A stretch of 64,000 nucleotides of DNA from Octopus sinensis (lineage: Eukaryota): positions 61,132,001 to 61,196,000 of the forward strand of contig NC_043006.1 in NCBI RefSeq assembly GCF_006345805.1. Direction: 5' to 3'. Below, piece by piece: positions 25,664 to 39,019 of this stretch; the first letter of the stretch is position 1; each line of letters begins with the position of its first letter. Below the pieces are notes generated by a model that was given only the letters and a program-made list of their open reading frames with translations, was not told the DNA's origin and did no database searches. The position numbers were made by a program, and so were the translations under genes.

Positions 25664-26610
25664 GAAGTGCATCCTTTGACCAACTTTGTATTCAGGAGGC
25701 TGATAACATCATAAAACTTTTAAAGCAGATCCTTGAACAACATTCCGTGTCTGATAACCTAGAATACATGCCCAAAGAGATCGTACGACTCTACCGCAAC
25801 GGCTCATCAGATGAGAGGATGAGCATATACGAGCAGAATACTATGCGTGGATATTCTAGTAGAACGATCCGAGATAACAGTAAAATTGGCCATTAGAGCA
25901 GTCTATCATGGATCAATAGCCGGATTACCACCTCCCACTTTGAAGGGTATGCGTTTGCAATCCAGGAACAAGAAATATTCATATACCTGATACACAAAAG
26001 GAATACAGATGTAGGAAAAACAATAAAATTTGACAATAGAGGCAGAATTTGGGGAGTTAACACCGAAGATATCACCCACATCAGAAGCAGTTGTCCGAAA
26101 ATGTCATCATGGTTAAATCTACTGATGAGACATGGCGTTGTAGCTAGGACGCTCAACAAGGATATCTGTCGGAGGATAACCCCTATGACAAACAAATAAG
26201 AGCCTATAGCATAGTAGAAACCATAACAACTGATATTAAAAAGGAGTACTGGTGGAATGTGCCAGTGAAAACCTCAGCAAAATGTAAGCACAACGGACCT
26301 GCTATAATGATCTGCGATACAGAAGAGAAAGTGTGCACAGTTGTGGAAATGTTATGAAGCTAAGAATCAGTGAGAAAGATAATTTCTACGCTGAATTATT
26401 AAGAAATCTGCAGTTACTATATCCAAATTTCAAGTGCAGGTTTATACCTGTAATTATTGGGGACCTGGGATATGTAACACACTGCCTAAATACAATCTAT
26501 AGAAATTAGGCTCAAAACCAGAAAGGATAAAGCTAATTTCGAAGGCTACAGATCCAATCTATCACTGGAACTGTAAATATCTGTAAAACTTTCGAGACGT
26601 TTATCATTTA
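25664..26610 (+). mobile_element. Highly decayed R4/Dong-like retrotransposon fragment
   Basis: WINSRITTSHFEGYAFAIQEQEI, ITHIRSSC, RHGVVA and a REL-like region. Confidence 0.75.
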
Positions 26611-26884
26611 AATATATATGAGCATGTCTAGATATGCAATTATATGCATGAGAAACATACATAAAACAAAACAAACAAATCTGCACATATACACACACAC
26701 ATGCATATACATACATACATACACACATGTATACATACAAACGTAAATATCCAGTTGTTGATGCTGAAATTCCAATGAAGGAGCCTTGGATCTAGCTTAG
26801 AAAACGGCTCTCCCTCTGTTGGCAAGAAATCTCAAATTTATAACTGAACAATGACATACATACATGCATACATACATACATGCA

Positions 26885-26934
<50 letters not shown>

Positions 26935-26935
<1 letters not shown>

Positions 26936-27680
26936 CAAGCAAAAATCGTAAAAATGCAGAATGCTAAATTGAAAGAAAATTTTAATGAAATGAGAAATTG
27001 ATAAAATATATAAATATATATTTATTCAAACCGGTTTTCGTCATAGTGTGACTTATCAATAATAGTTAGGTAAAAAAGTTTTTTTAAAATGAGAAAGGGT
27101 AAAAAAAGTTGCATTGATTTTTGCAAAATAATAATAATAAATATGTATAAAAATAAAAAAATAAGTATTCCGATACATTGTGAGTTCGTTGTGTATCTTG
27201 AGTTTAATGATTGTTCACAAAAAAATTACCTTGAGGTATTAGGATCCAATGGGATTAAAGACCATGTATTGTTTGGTTTAATTTAGGATGTTGGCAAAAC
27301 AGGAAGTAGTAGTAATTGTGGTTCTTCAGTTCCTGTGTTGTGAATAAGGGAGACAACTCTTTTGAGTTCTTCAATAAAGGCTGCTGATAAACCCCAAATT
27401 ATAAAATTATCATTTTAGCTTCATTTGCATTATCTTTTTTATATAATTGTTATTTTTTAAATTTTTATACATATTTATTATTATTCTTTTGCAAAAAACA
27501 ATGCAACTTTTTTTCCCCTTTCTCATTTTTAAAAAACTTTTTTACCTAACTATTCTTGATAAGGTACACTATGACGAAAACCGGTTTGAATAAATATATA
27601 TTTATATATTTAATCAATTTCTCATTCCATTAAAATTTTCTTTCAATTTAGCATTCTGCATTTTTACAATTTTTCCTTGC
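26935..27680. mobile_element. Foldback Penelope-like element with degenerate hammerheads in both arms
   Basis: Arms about 26935-27160 / 27430-27680 are reverse complements. Each has tattc/tt-TTGATAA-g...gac-GAAA-accggtt-T-gaata. Confidence 0.7.
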
Positions 27681-27726
27681 TTATCATTTCTCCACGTGCG
27701 GTCAATACAACCCCACCATTTATTGA

Positions 27727-27760
<34 letters not shown>

Positions 27761-27762
<2 letters not shown>

Positions 27763-29029
27763 CCAAATTAATCAGAATTTTGCAATATTATTTCATTCAC
27801 ATAGTTTCACATGTTTTCACTTTTATTGCCTTCAAAATATTCTTCATTTGAAGCAATGAATCGGTACAAACGTGTTTTCCACTGTTCGGAGCTGTCATGG
27901 AACCCTTGCGAAATGGTGCCGTTTAGCACCTCTGTCGATTATTTCTTCACATCTTCTACATCTGCAAAACGTTTTCCTTTGAGGACTTTCATCTTTCAAG
28001 GGAATAAGATCGAGTAAGTAGGTGGGTAAGCAGAGTAATGCCATTTTAGGAACCAAAACTGGCTTACACCCAAGGCGGTGTGCGCAGGCGCTGTCGCGAT
28101 GAAGCCACCACTCTCCGCTTTGCTACAGGTCAGGGTGTTTTCGTCTCGCCAGGTCTCGCATATGCTTCAGAACAGTGAAGTAAAATGTCTGGTTACTTGT
28201 TTGACCAGGAGGAACAATCTTTGTGTGGCTAATTCCTTTCACATCGATAAAACAAATCAGCATCGCTAAGACATTGGTGTTTACCTCATGTGGTTTTTAT
28301 GGGCTGTGTTGACAGCGACATGATTACTACTTCGTTTCCAGGACATAGCCGAAGCACCAGCTTTTGTTAACTGTGATGACCTTCGAAAGAAGATCCTGAT
28401 CAACTTCCAACTTTTCTTTTAATTAACGACAAGCATTCAGTTGTGACCGTTTTTGATCTTTCGTGAACAAGCGAAGCACAAATTTCACTGCAAATCCTTT
28501 CGTTTGCATTTCCTCGCTCACAATTCGTTTACAGAAGATCCAGGACATAGAGTCATATCAACAAGTTCGTCAATTGTTCGGCGATGGTCCTCCAAGAACA
28601 GTCCATGAATTTTCGTGATATTTTTATTCGCTCAGGAGGTCGACAGTCGCCCTGAAGAGGTTGGTCGTCAAATGACAAGTGACCATTCCCACAGTGTGAA
28701 AAAACACTCATACAATTCTGTTTTGCTTATGGCAACGTCCCTGTCATCTGTTTTAGACACGATAAGTGTTTCGACCGGCCTTTTCGCCGGCTGCAAACAG
28801 AATTTTATGGACGCACCCCGTTCTTTCTTTTCAGTCATCCTAAAAATCGACGAAGAGTGGAGAAGCAGTACATAACAAAAACGCACTACGTGGCAGTATG
28901 ACGACACCGAATAACGCCCGTCGGCAGACTGATTCTTTACGGCCGCATGAGGTGTCTTCTAGCAGCTGAAGCCTGAACTACAAAGCACTTTTCCCACAGA
29001 GAACATTTCCGGTTACTTTCTGGTACGTA
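27761..29029 (-). mobile_element. Decayed near full-length mariner transposon
   Basis: N-terminal MTEKKERGASIKFCL...ISKTELYECF, C-terminal YSILFP..KVLKGKRFADVEDVKK; about 1.27 kb; diverged TIR tacgtaccagaaagtaaccggaa. Confidence 0.85.
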
Positions 29030-29759
29030 TGTACGCATGTACAGTAAAGTTTGGAGATCATGTAAATAAGATCAAGGGAAATCGGTACCTGTAACAGTCG
29101 TGTATTTTATCTTGACACTTTATTTCGAATGTACTAGATGATTTAACTTCTCAAATTACTTTTCAGGACAAAGTTGAAAATAAGTGGAAATTGAACCGGT
29201 GTGTTGGATATTAAGGCAGTATGACTCATCCCAGATGCAACAAAATTTGTTTGAACACACGAATTCACATAAAAAATCTTGCAAACCAGATACAAAAATC
29301 AATGAAATTGAAAATGTAGTTTACTGGTATGTGGTATTCTACAAATCTAAATATGTACCAAAGGTATAATCGATACATTTGACGCCGAGCAAACTATAAA
29401 AATAACAATAAAATGAATGCCTAGGTTTGGGTTTGAATATACGTGTCCATAGCATGTCTATTTCCATCACGAGTAGGCTTTTATATCTTGACATGTAAGA
29501 ATACGTAAGATCGTAACGTTAATCATATCCATGTTTTTACAAACCCCCAAATATCTAGTGATATGTCATCAAATATTTAAGGCATATACATATCAATGAA
29601 TGTGCTGCAAATATCTGTAACACATAAGATATGAACGTGTTTGTGGTATAAATATGGTGTTCCGGATAAGATTTTATAAAATGACTTTTGTTTTCCTTAT
29701 TTTGTACTCTGTTTTCTGGTATTTAATGTAATACGTGATCTAAGATATTCTACTTCCGC

Positions 29760-29793
<34 letters not shown>

Positions 29794-29851
29794 ATATATA
29801 TATACTAAGATATACATGTTTCTGTGTATAAGTGTTTGTGTGTGAGTGTGT

Positions 29852-30045
29852 CAAACACAGACGCTTGGTGTCCGCTGCTCGTATGTTTACGTCCCTGTAG
29901 GCTAGCGGTTCGGCAATAGATATCGATAGAATAAGTACCGGCTTTAAAGAATAAGAACTGGGTTCGATTCCTGCGGTTAAAATTCTTCAATGACGTGCTC
30001 CAACATAACTGCAGCAGTTTAAAGACTAAGACAGGTAAGATATAG
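29852..30045 (+). mobile_element. Degenerate 3' part of the tRNA-derived SINE
   Basis: gtatgtttacgtccc..tagcggttcggcaa..gatagaataagtac..gaataag..ctgggttcgatt matches 34920-35070. Confidence 0.7.
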
Positions 30046-30089
30046 AAGATATATATATATATATATTTTTATATATATATATATATATA

Positions 30090-30560
30090 TACTTAGCCCC
30101 TCAATCTCCCTAAATATATAGACGCGAACATTAGAAGTATAGTCGCAATTAGTTTAGTTTAGAAGAAAACGTTTGTAGCTACGGACAGATATATATCTAT
30201 AATTTACATCCTTTTAATAATCTTTCATTTTTTATTTCAGCTTCGTAACCTCCCCTCTTTCTTTTCTTTCTCTCTCTGTCTTTTCACTTCTCTCTATCAC
30301 ACCATCTTTCTTCTCTCAGTCGCTCAATCTTTTGCATCACTTCCTCTCTTTCATCTCTTTCTCTAACACTCCATCTTTCTTCTCTCAGCCTCTCAATCTT
30401 CCTAAATATATAGACTTTCTCTCACTCGCTTCTTATCTTCTCTCAGCCGCACAATCTTTTGCATAACCTCCTCTCTTTCATTTCTTTCTCTCCCTGTCTC
30501 TTCACCTCTCTCCCTCACACCTCTTTCCTTGTCTCTATTTCTTCTCCACCCTCTATCGCA
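30090..30560 (+). repeat. CT-rich degenerate tandem repeat
   Basis: Recurring tcttctctcag.c.ctcaatctt units; ctcaatct.cctaaatatatagac occurs twice. Confidence 0.7.
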
Positions 30561-30601
30561 CTATTAAATGAAAAAAATAAATATGATTAGATAGATAAAT
30601 A

Positions 30602-31400
30602 AATAAAATATCCAAAATATCCAGAACCTGGAGAAGTAACGAATTGGCGTTGTTCATGAGAGCCTGGCAATGCGCCGACGGAGATAATCCGAACAACATA
30701 ATTACAGCAGCGCTGAAGAGCAGTGGATATAAAAGGACGATAGCACAGATAGAGCGAAAGAAGCAGGAGTTTATACGCTCCTATGCACTCATAAGATCTC
30801 ACATTGGCACGCTTGATGCCATCTTTGACAACGAACAAAGTAAAGATTGCAAGGATAGAGGCGCGGGTGCTGATGAAAGATGTTACCCCCACTTGGTAGA
30901 CACACAGGACAGCAACAAAGAAGATTCAGGTGAGAAACCTGCCCGGGAAGTAAACCCAAGTGCACCAAAAGCCGAAGCCAAAACCATGGAGATGAAAGAG
31001 CCAAAAACGAGTAAAAGAAGGAAAAACTAAAAGAAAAACAAAAGATGAAACAGCCAAAGAAGGAAAAACTAAAACTCAAACAAAACCAAAAGATGAAAGA
31101 GCCGAGGTTAGAAGCAAACCTGACTATCCATGTACCAAAAAGGATAGAAACAGACAGCGCACACGAATGTGTAAATTCCACCTGAATGGTGTCTTCTGGC
31201 ATGGAGGGAAGGTGCAGGCTGCCGTTTTGCACATGAAAGACCCCGCCACATAAACATGAAACAGATCAGAAACCAACTCCCAAAAGGAAAAGGAATGGAC
31301 AACGCACCACCTGCCCCAAAACGGAGGTACCACAGATGTGGTGCGTGCTACAAACCGCCAACATGTTATTGAAAGGGCAGCTGCTGAACAAGAATTTTTT
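30602..31400 (+). pseudogene. LINE ORF1: Myb/SANT(trihelix)-like domain, acidic/lysine linker, degenerate CCCH finger
   Basis: TWRSNELALFMRAW...IITAALKSSGYKRTIAQIERKKQEFIRSY; CKFHLNGVFWHG/GAGCRFAH across a frameshift. Confidence 0.65.
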
Positions 31401-31499
31401 TTGTGCATGGCACAAAAGATTGTACAGCAGCTAACCTGGCTTCATCAAACTCAAACTCGCAGATGGGACTATCCACAATACACAAGACCGCCACAGCAA

Positions 31500-34400
31500 A
31501 TAGACCCAAGGTGGACACCGCCGGCAACAGTATACACCTCACCTCGATGCTCCTACTGAACATCAGAGGACTGCTAACACTCAGTAATAGGACAAAAATC
31601 CCGTTCTTGAGAGACTTTGTTTCATGCAATCAAGCCTTATGCATAGCACTTACGGAAACACACCTGAAGCCGGACATAGCAGATGCAGAAATACACATAC
31701 CACAGTATGTTGTACTACGGACCCACAGAAAAGAAAGGAGTCATGGAGGAGTTGCTATGTACATACGTGAGGACCTCACACCCCAGGTCCTTTTGTCATA
31801 CTGAAAGTCGGTGTGTGACACACTAATTGTACATATAAGGCAACTTGGCGTAGTTATATGTACTACATATCGCCCTCCTGATGCCCCAAGCCATGTAGGC
31901 AAGTTTGAAGACTGCCTTATAAACATAGAAGTTCTAGTCACATTAGAACAACACATAAGTTTACTTCTTATGGGAGACTTCAATCTACCAATGTCAGATG
32001 GCCCGAAGGCCTTTCTCTCCCAGAAATGACACGATGTGAACGAGGACAGGCGAGGTCCCTCCTAAAATTCATCAAAACTCTGTACATGGAGCAAGTAATA
32101 CTCCAACCAACCTGGGCAGGTAACATACTGGATCTCTGCTTCACATATAATATGGATCTCATCCATAATGTGAAAGTGACGCCGACACTACTCTCGGATC
32201 ACAACATGGTAGAGCTGACCATGTACGGGCCAAAGGAAAGTATGGACATGCAGCCTACAAGAAACTCTCAGAATCTTTCCAGCTTGAACTTCCATAAGGC
32301 AAACTGGAAACAAATTGAGAAAGAGATCCTCAAACAAAACTGGCCTGAATGTCTCTCCTCGCCAGACATCGACATGAAACTTCAACAATTCATGTCTGTA
32401 ATGCAAGCCACATGCTACAAATGTGTCCCAGAGAGAAGGACCACTGTACACAAGAGCAAAATGCCCAGAGAGAGGAAAATTCTAAAACGCCTAAAATTTT
32501 AAAACACCTAAACAAACAAATTGAAAGCAGTGAAATGTCCCGCCTGAAAATAAAACTGTTGGAAATTGAAAAATGTCTGCAACTCTCCCATGAAAAAGAA
32601 AGAGCAGACAAAGAAGCCTGGGCTATAGACAACATAAAATCTACCTCCAGAGATTTCTACAGGTATGCTAAAGAAACAGCTACGGTGCACTGTAGGATAG
32701 GGCCACTCCTTGAAAAGGATGGCACACTCACAGGAAATCCAATGAGGGTAAGTGAAATACTAAATGAGCAATTCAAGAGTATTTTCACTCCACCCCTAGG
32801 GCATTTTCAAGTCAGCAATCCAACTGACTTCTTTACCACTGCAGATATAAAATCAGAGGCAGCGATGAATGATTACCTCAATATAAAGGAAGACGATGTA
32901 ATAAAGGCTATTGATGAAATGAAAACAAACTCAGCTACTGGCCCCGATGGATTCCCAGCAATCCTTCCAAAAGTATGTAAGAGAGTCCTAGCAAGACCAC
33001 TGCAGTTCTTCTTTCAGGGTTTCCTTGCAACTGGAAAACCTCCAAGAAAACTGAAGGAAGGTAAGATATGCCCTATTCATAAAGGCGGTAGCAGAATGGA
33101 GGCCAAGAACTACAGACCTATCTCTCTGACCTCACACATCAGCAAGGTGATGGAACGAATAGTCAAAAGGAAACTAATCACCTACCTAGAAGAAAATGAA
33201 TTGCTGCCTGACACCCAACATGGTTTCCGACCAGGAAGAAGCTGCTTAACTCAGCTCCTAGAACACTATGACTGGGTGCTGAAACGACTGCTCAATCACT
33301 CAAATGTGGAAGTCATATATCTCGACTTTGCAAAGGCCTTTGATAAAGTCGATCATGGAATGATATGCCACAAACTGCGTGATCTTAGCATAGTTGGAAA
33401 ATTGGGAGAATGGCTTCTTGACTTTTTGAAGGATAGAAGTCAGGTGGTAGTAGCCAATGGGGCCACTTCCATTAACACGCAAATAGTGAGCGGTGTTCCG
33501 CAAGGCACTGTTCTGGGACCACTACTGTTCATAATGGCCCTCTCAGACATGCCCTCAGCCACGCAGAGAGCCACGATCACAAGTTATGCAGATGATACAA
33601 AAGTTTCACAGGCAATACAGAACCTTGGAGACACTAAGCACCTGCAATGTGAGCTGGAGAAAATATACAAGTGGGCTGAAAAGAATAGTATGCAGTTCAA
33701 TGCTGAAACGTTTCAAGCTTTATACTATCAGCATGCAAAACTAACTGCAATACCCAATAAATACACTGGACCTGGAGGGATTGCAATCCCAGAGGCACAA
33801 TCAGTGCGAGACCTGGGTATTTACATGAGTGATGATGCAACCTTTCATGTGCATGTTGCTAAATTGGCAATGAAATGAAGGCGGCTGAGCGGATGGATTC
33901 TTAGAATCTTTAGAACAAGAGACCAGGAAACCATGATGGTCCACTGGAGGACACTTGTCCTAAACCACTTTGACTATTGCTCTCAGCTATGGTCACCATC
34001 CAGTGTCAAGTTAATCACAGAATTCGAGGCGATCCAACGAAGCTACACGAAGAAGATAGTCTCTGTATAGCATATAAGCTATTGGGAAAGACTCAAGAGA
34101 TTGAGACTCTATTCCTTAGAGCGTAGGCGAGAAAGATATGCCATAATATACATCTGGAAGATCCTAAAAGGACTTGTCCCAAACTTTGGCATCGAGAGTT
34201 ACACAAATGCCAGAGCTGGGCGCCACTGCATAGTGGCAAGGGCTCCAAATTTGCCATCAAGATGTAGGACAACATACTGTGATAGCCTGGGCTTCCGAGG
34301 CCCACAGCTCTTCAATATCATCCCGAAGAACCTGAGGGACCTGCGTGGGATGGATGCAGACGTCTTTAAAATGAAACTGGATCTCTTCTTGTCAGGTGTC

Positions 34401-34511
34401 CCAGATGAACCAACTTCACGGCGGGAGGTGTATATGAGGGCAGCTGCATCGGACTCTCTCATGCACCAGATGGCAATTGCTAAAGAGCATTCGTGGAGTA
34501 AAATCATGTAG
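31500..34511 (+). pseudogene. LINE ORF2 (APE endonuclease and reverse transcriptase), interrupted
   Basis: ORF pieces 31403-31804, 31811-32029, 32026-32502, 32349-33878, 34101-34511. Confidence 0.95.
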
Positions 34512-34607
34512 CAACACCAAATGGCGGTGCCCCAGCATGGCCACAGCTTGTGAGCTGAAACTAAATAAAAAAAAATACATGTGTATATACTAATATGTAT
34601 ATATATA

Positions 34608-34674
<67 letters not shown>

Positions 34675-34675
34675 A

Positions 34676-35073
34676 GCGCAGGAGTGGCTGTGTGGTAAGT
34701 AGCTTGCTTACCAACCACATGGTTCCGAGTTCAGTCCCACTCCGTGGCACCTGGGCAAGTGTCTTCTACTATAGCCTCGGGCCGACCAAAGCCTTGTGAG
34801 TGGATTTGGTAGACGGAAACTGAAAGAAGCCCGTCGTATATATGTATATATATGTATGTGCGTGTATGTTTGTGTGTCTGTGTTTGTCCCTCTAGAATTG
34901 CTTGACAACCGATGCTGGTGTGTTTATGTCCCCGTCACTTAGTAGTTCGGCAAAAGAGACCAATAGAATAAGTACTGGGCTTACAAATAATAAGTCCCAG
35001 GTTCGAGTTGCTCGATTAAAGGCGGTGCACAAGCATGGCCGCAGTCAAACTGACTGAAACAAGTAAATAAAAA
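34676..35073 (+). mobile_element. Full-length tRNA-derived SINE
   Basis: A box tggctgtgtgg (34685-34695), B box gagttcagtccc (34727-34738), internal microsatellite, 3' tail similar to the adjacent LINE tail. Confidence 0.9.
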
Positions 35074-35154
35074 TATATATATATATATACATATTCACAT
35101 GCATATCTGTCTGTCCTTATTTCTCACTGTCAACGTGTGTGTCTACATACATAA

Positions 35155-35356
35155 GGCGGCGAGCTGGCGGACACGTTAGCGCGCCGGGCGAAATGCTTAG
35201 GGGCATTTCGTCTGTCGTTACGTTCTGTGTTCATCCTTTCGGGGTCGATAAATAAAGTACTAGTTTCGCACTGGGGTCGATGTAATTGACTTAATCCCTC
35301 TGTCTGTCTTCGTTTGTCCCCTCTATGTTTAGCCCCTTGTGGGCTATAAAGAAATA
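35155..35356 (+). mobile_element. Second SINE family, internally deleted
   Basis: ggcggcgagctggcgga.acgttagc.cgccgggcgaaatgc...tttgtcccctctatgtttagccccttgtggg; homologous to 55823-56045. Confidence 0.8.
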
Positions 35357-35405
35357 TATATAAGTATAAAAAAAGTACATAAGTTATTCGGTAGAACTAC
35401 ATTAC

Positions 35406-35476
35406 ATAATGTACATGTATTCGGTGGAATTGCCGGCGATGAATTTCATGATCATAAAAATATGCAGTTAATAACA
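35406..35476 (-). CDS. Weak candidate internal exon (xLLTAYFYDHEIHRRQFHRIHVHY)
   Basis: Acceptor tttctcccatattaatcctag, donor gtaatg, open in phase 1 to 0. Could be chance. Confidence 0.15.
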
Positions 35477-35891
35477 CTAGGATTAATATGGGAGAAAGGA
35501 AGAGGAAGAAGTTGGATGGTAAAACAGTATGAGTGGAGATAGTTACTAAGTGAAAGAAAGGAAGGAAGGCTCTTGAATTACACGTACAAGCACACACATA
35601 CACACACACGCACAGAAACACAAATGAACACGCACATGCTCAAAGACATAGGCACACACACACACGCATACGCGCACGCACACACATACACATAAATACG
35701 CCCACACATACTCACACAGACTTTTATATATGTATGCATTCAGAAATTTCTGTTGCAGAATCAATAAGCTTATAAATTTTCGTTAGATCAGTAATATTCG
35801 CTTATGTATTTCAAGAAGAATTCTATATGATGCATTTTAAAAAGAAAAAAAATAACTGTGTGAAGGAGATATGTGGTTTATATGTAAATTG

Positions 35892-35952
<61 letters not shown>

Positions 35953-36086
35953 AATTGTTTGTAAGATGTACTTGGAAATTCTTGAACATGTCAGATGGTT
36001 AAAAATCTGATTACATAAATGAATAAAATTATGAAATCGAAATGTAAAATTAATCTATCTATCTATCTATCTATCAATCTATCTCA

Positions 36087-36158
<72 letters not shown>

Positions 36159-36167
36159 ATATATATA

Positions 36168-36255
<88 letters not shown>

Positions 36256-36973
36256 ATATACAATGTCAAAGAGAATTGTTATATGATGATATAAAAATAA
36301 TGGAAGTATGAAATTCCAAACACAAATGTGTTAAGAAATGGAAATCAAATATGGTATCGTAAAAACTATTGAAAATTATTTAAGGAAATTTTTTTAAGAA
36401 TAAATGGAAATATAATGGAAAAAAATTTTAAATAGTTTGACGAAAAACTAATGTCAAAAAATTGCAAATGGGAATGATGTATTTAAAGTAAGTTGAGAAA
36501 TATAGAGATTAGACATAGTGTATTATGACGTAAAAGCATAATCTGATTATATAACGTAATGAGAAAATGGAAAATATAAGGGTGAAATTAACAATAGCTA
36601 AAATACGCTGAATACGGAAAATTAGTCTAAGTGTTGTAACTGAAAACATCGATCTAAATTCTTGATTGATACATCATTTCATCAAATCCAAACAGGTTGA
36701 ATGATATAGGTGTACATGTGACTATAATGTTATATGGAATTACAATAAAAGAGTTGGAAAACCCCACGAATCATTTTAGCCGATACTCTAAACCATCTAC
36801 CAATCAATATCTGAAAATAGATAACTATAATAAATATAAGAATATAAAAATATATTGAATATGAATATTTACACATCAAATCAAAACCGAAAACATACGC
36901 AATTGTCGAACAATTAATTGGGGACCCTTGCAACTACAAAACAGTTCGTGACCATTCCATGCATGCATACATA

Positions 36974-37565
36974 CATACACATGGGTTTGCAATCCAGGAA
37001 CAAGAAATATTAACCGAATCCCTGATGTAAAAAAAGGGAATGAGATGCATGAAAAGCAGGAAAAGCAGGAAAATGAGACAACCGATGCAAGTTTTGTAGA
37101 GCGAAGATATCACCCACATCATAAGCAGCTGTACGAAAACGGCATCCCGGTTTTATCTATTGATGAGACATGATGTTGTAGCTATGACACAGCATAACGA
37201 GATCCGTCGTAAGGATGACACCGAGGACTAAAAAAATAAGAAGCCACAGAATGGTGGAAACTATAACCACTCGTCACTCGTATTAAAAAGGAGTACATGA
37301 AGAATGTTCCAGTGAAATCCTCAATAAAATGTAATCGTAATAAACCTGACGTAATGATTTGGGATAGCGAAGAGAAACTGTGTATAGTTTTGGAAATCAG
37401 ATGCCCAACTGATGTTGACATAAATCTAAAGATCAGAAAATACCTACGATATCCAAATGAAACATTTGCAGTTACTCTACCCAGATTACAAGTTCTGGTC
37501 CATGATGTAAATATTGGGGCACTAGGATATATAATACACTGCCAAAGCACAAAATCTACATAAAT
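36974..37565 (+). mobile_element. Decayed R4/Dong-like 3' fragment
   Basis: GFAIQEQEI, ITHIISSC, RHDVVA, NKPDVMIWDSEEKLCIVLEIRCP (REL PD..E motif); followed by (CAT)n(TAT)n. Confidence 0.85.
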
Positions 37566-37606
37566 TAGGTTTCTCATCATCATCATCATGATCATCATCA
37601 TCATGA

Positions 37607-37677
<71 letters not shown>

Positions 37678-38051
37678 GTTATGTTTTTTGATATAGTAAA
37701 TTTTGTCTTTAAATCCAGCTTCCAATAATGCATGGTTATAGTAATTCTGCTTTGTTTAAATAGATTCTCATTAACCGTAAGCCTCGAAATACGGGTAGAT
37801 ATATCTTTTAATGAAAACATTTATTATAATCCTTAGATGAATAGAGTTTTTTTTATTTATATATTTCAAGCATTCATTTGGCGTATGATGAGTTTGATAC
37901 AACTCATTATGTAAATGAGGCGTAATAACCAGGATATTAACCTTAGTATGTTCATCTTCTATAGTAATAGAACGATAAAAAAGCTTAAAGGATATGAAAA
38001 GATTTTTCTATACCTTTCTAAATATATATAATATATAATGATAGTATATAT

Positions 38052-38129
<78 letters not shown>

Positions 38130-38136
38130 TAAATAC

Positions 38137-38169
<33 letters not shown>

Positions 38170-38346
38170 TATAATATATATATATCAATATAATGGTAGT
38201 GTTTAGTTTATTGTTGTGAGTATTGCTATTAGTGTTAATATAGTATTATATTTTTACTGCTGTTATAATCAATATTATTATCTTTATATTTACTACTCTC
38301 TCTTTCTCTCTCTCTCTCTCTCTATATATATATTTTTATGTATGTA

Positions 38347-38415
<69 letters not shown>

Positions 38416-38420
<5 letters not shown>

Positions 38421-39019
38421 TAATAATATAGGGTGAAATCAATTAATTTGGAATAATCATTAATTTCACCAAGTAGATTTCGGCATGTAAAAGCCCCATT
38501 CGAGGAAAGTTTAAGCAATACTAAGTAATTAAGGGTTTAGCAACGATTTGCCTCACCACACACCGAGTTTAGAAATAGCAGTCAAAGAGTTATAGCTATT
38601 CCTTCTACTAAAAGGGAGATCTCAGTAAAACCGCAGCACTTGAAAGGCAAACGCAGGCAAGAATGAAAGAAATGACGACAATCATACAATATTAAGTCAC
38701 CTACGGACGTACATTTCGAAATTAAGTTTTAGGAAAGCATAAGAATTAGAAAATTATGTCTTACCCAACTATTTTTCTCATCAGCGTAGGACTCTACAAT
38801 TATGGATAATTGTATATTAAATTTCGAGGTACTAGAAGATATCACCTCAACTCATAGTATCAGAGCGAGCTAAAGCCGTTACCAGTATCACCAAATTCAA
38901 AGTGTGAATGAAAGTTTGTGTCACATTTTCCTCGAATGGGGCTTTTACATGCCGAAATCTACTTGGTGAAATTAATGATTATTCCAAATTAATTGATTTC
39001 ACCCTATATTATTACTGAT
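38416..39019. mobile_element. Penelope-like element with inverted termini (38416-38508 / 38927-39019)
   Basis: cagtaataatatagggtgaaatc...aaagccccattcgaggaaa present in both orientations; degenerate ggc..gcc-GAAA terminal motif. Confidence 0.75.

Larger units (their letters stand above)
30602..34575 (+). mobile_element. Near full-length decayed CR1/L2-group LINE
   Basis: ORF1 remnant, APE endonuclease (LLNIRGL, LTETHL, GGVAMYI, MGDFNLP, SDHN), RT (NYRPISLTS, QHGFRPGRSC, YLDFAKAFDKVDH, GVPQGTVLGPLLF, YADD), C-terminal LYSLERRRERY, short A-rich tail. Confidence 0.95.

Noticed and set aside
29167-29323. Plus-strand segment bounded by ttttcag and GTATGT
   Set aside because: All frames from the acceptor hit early stops.
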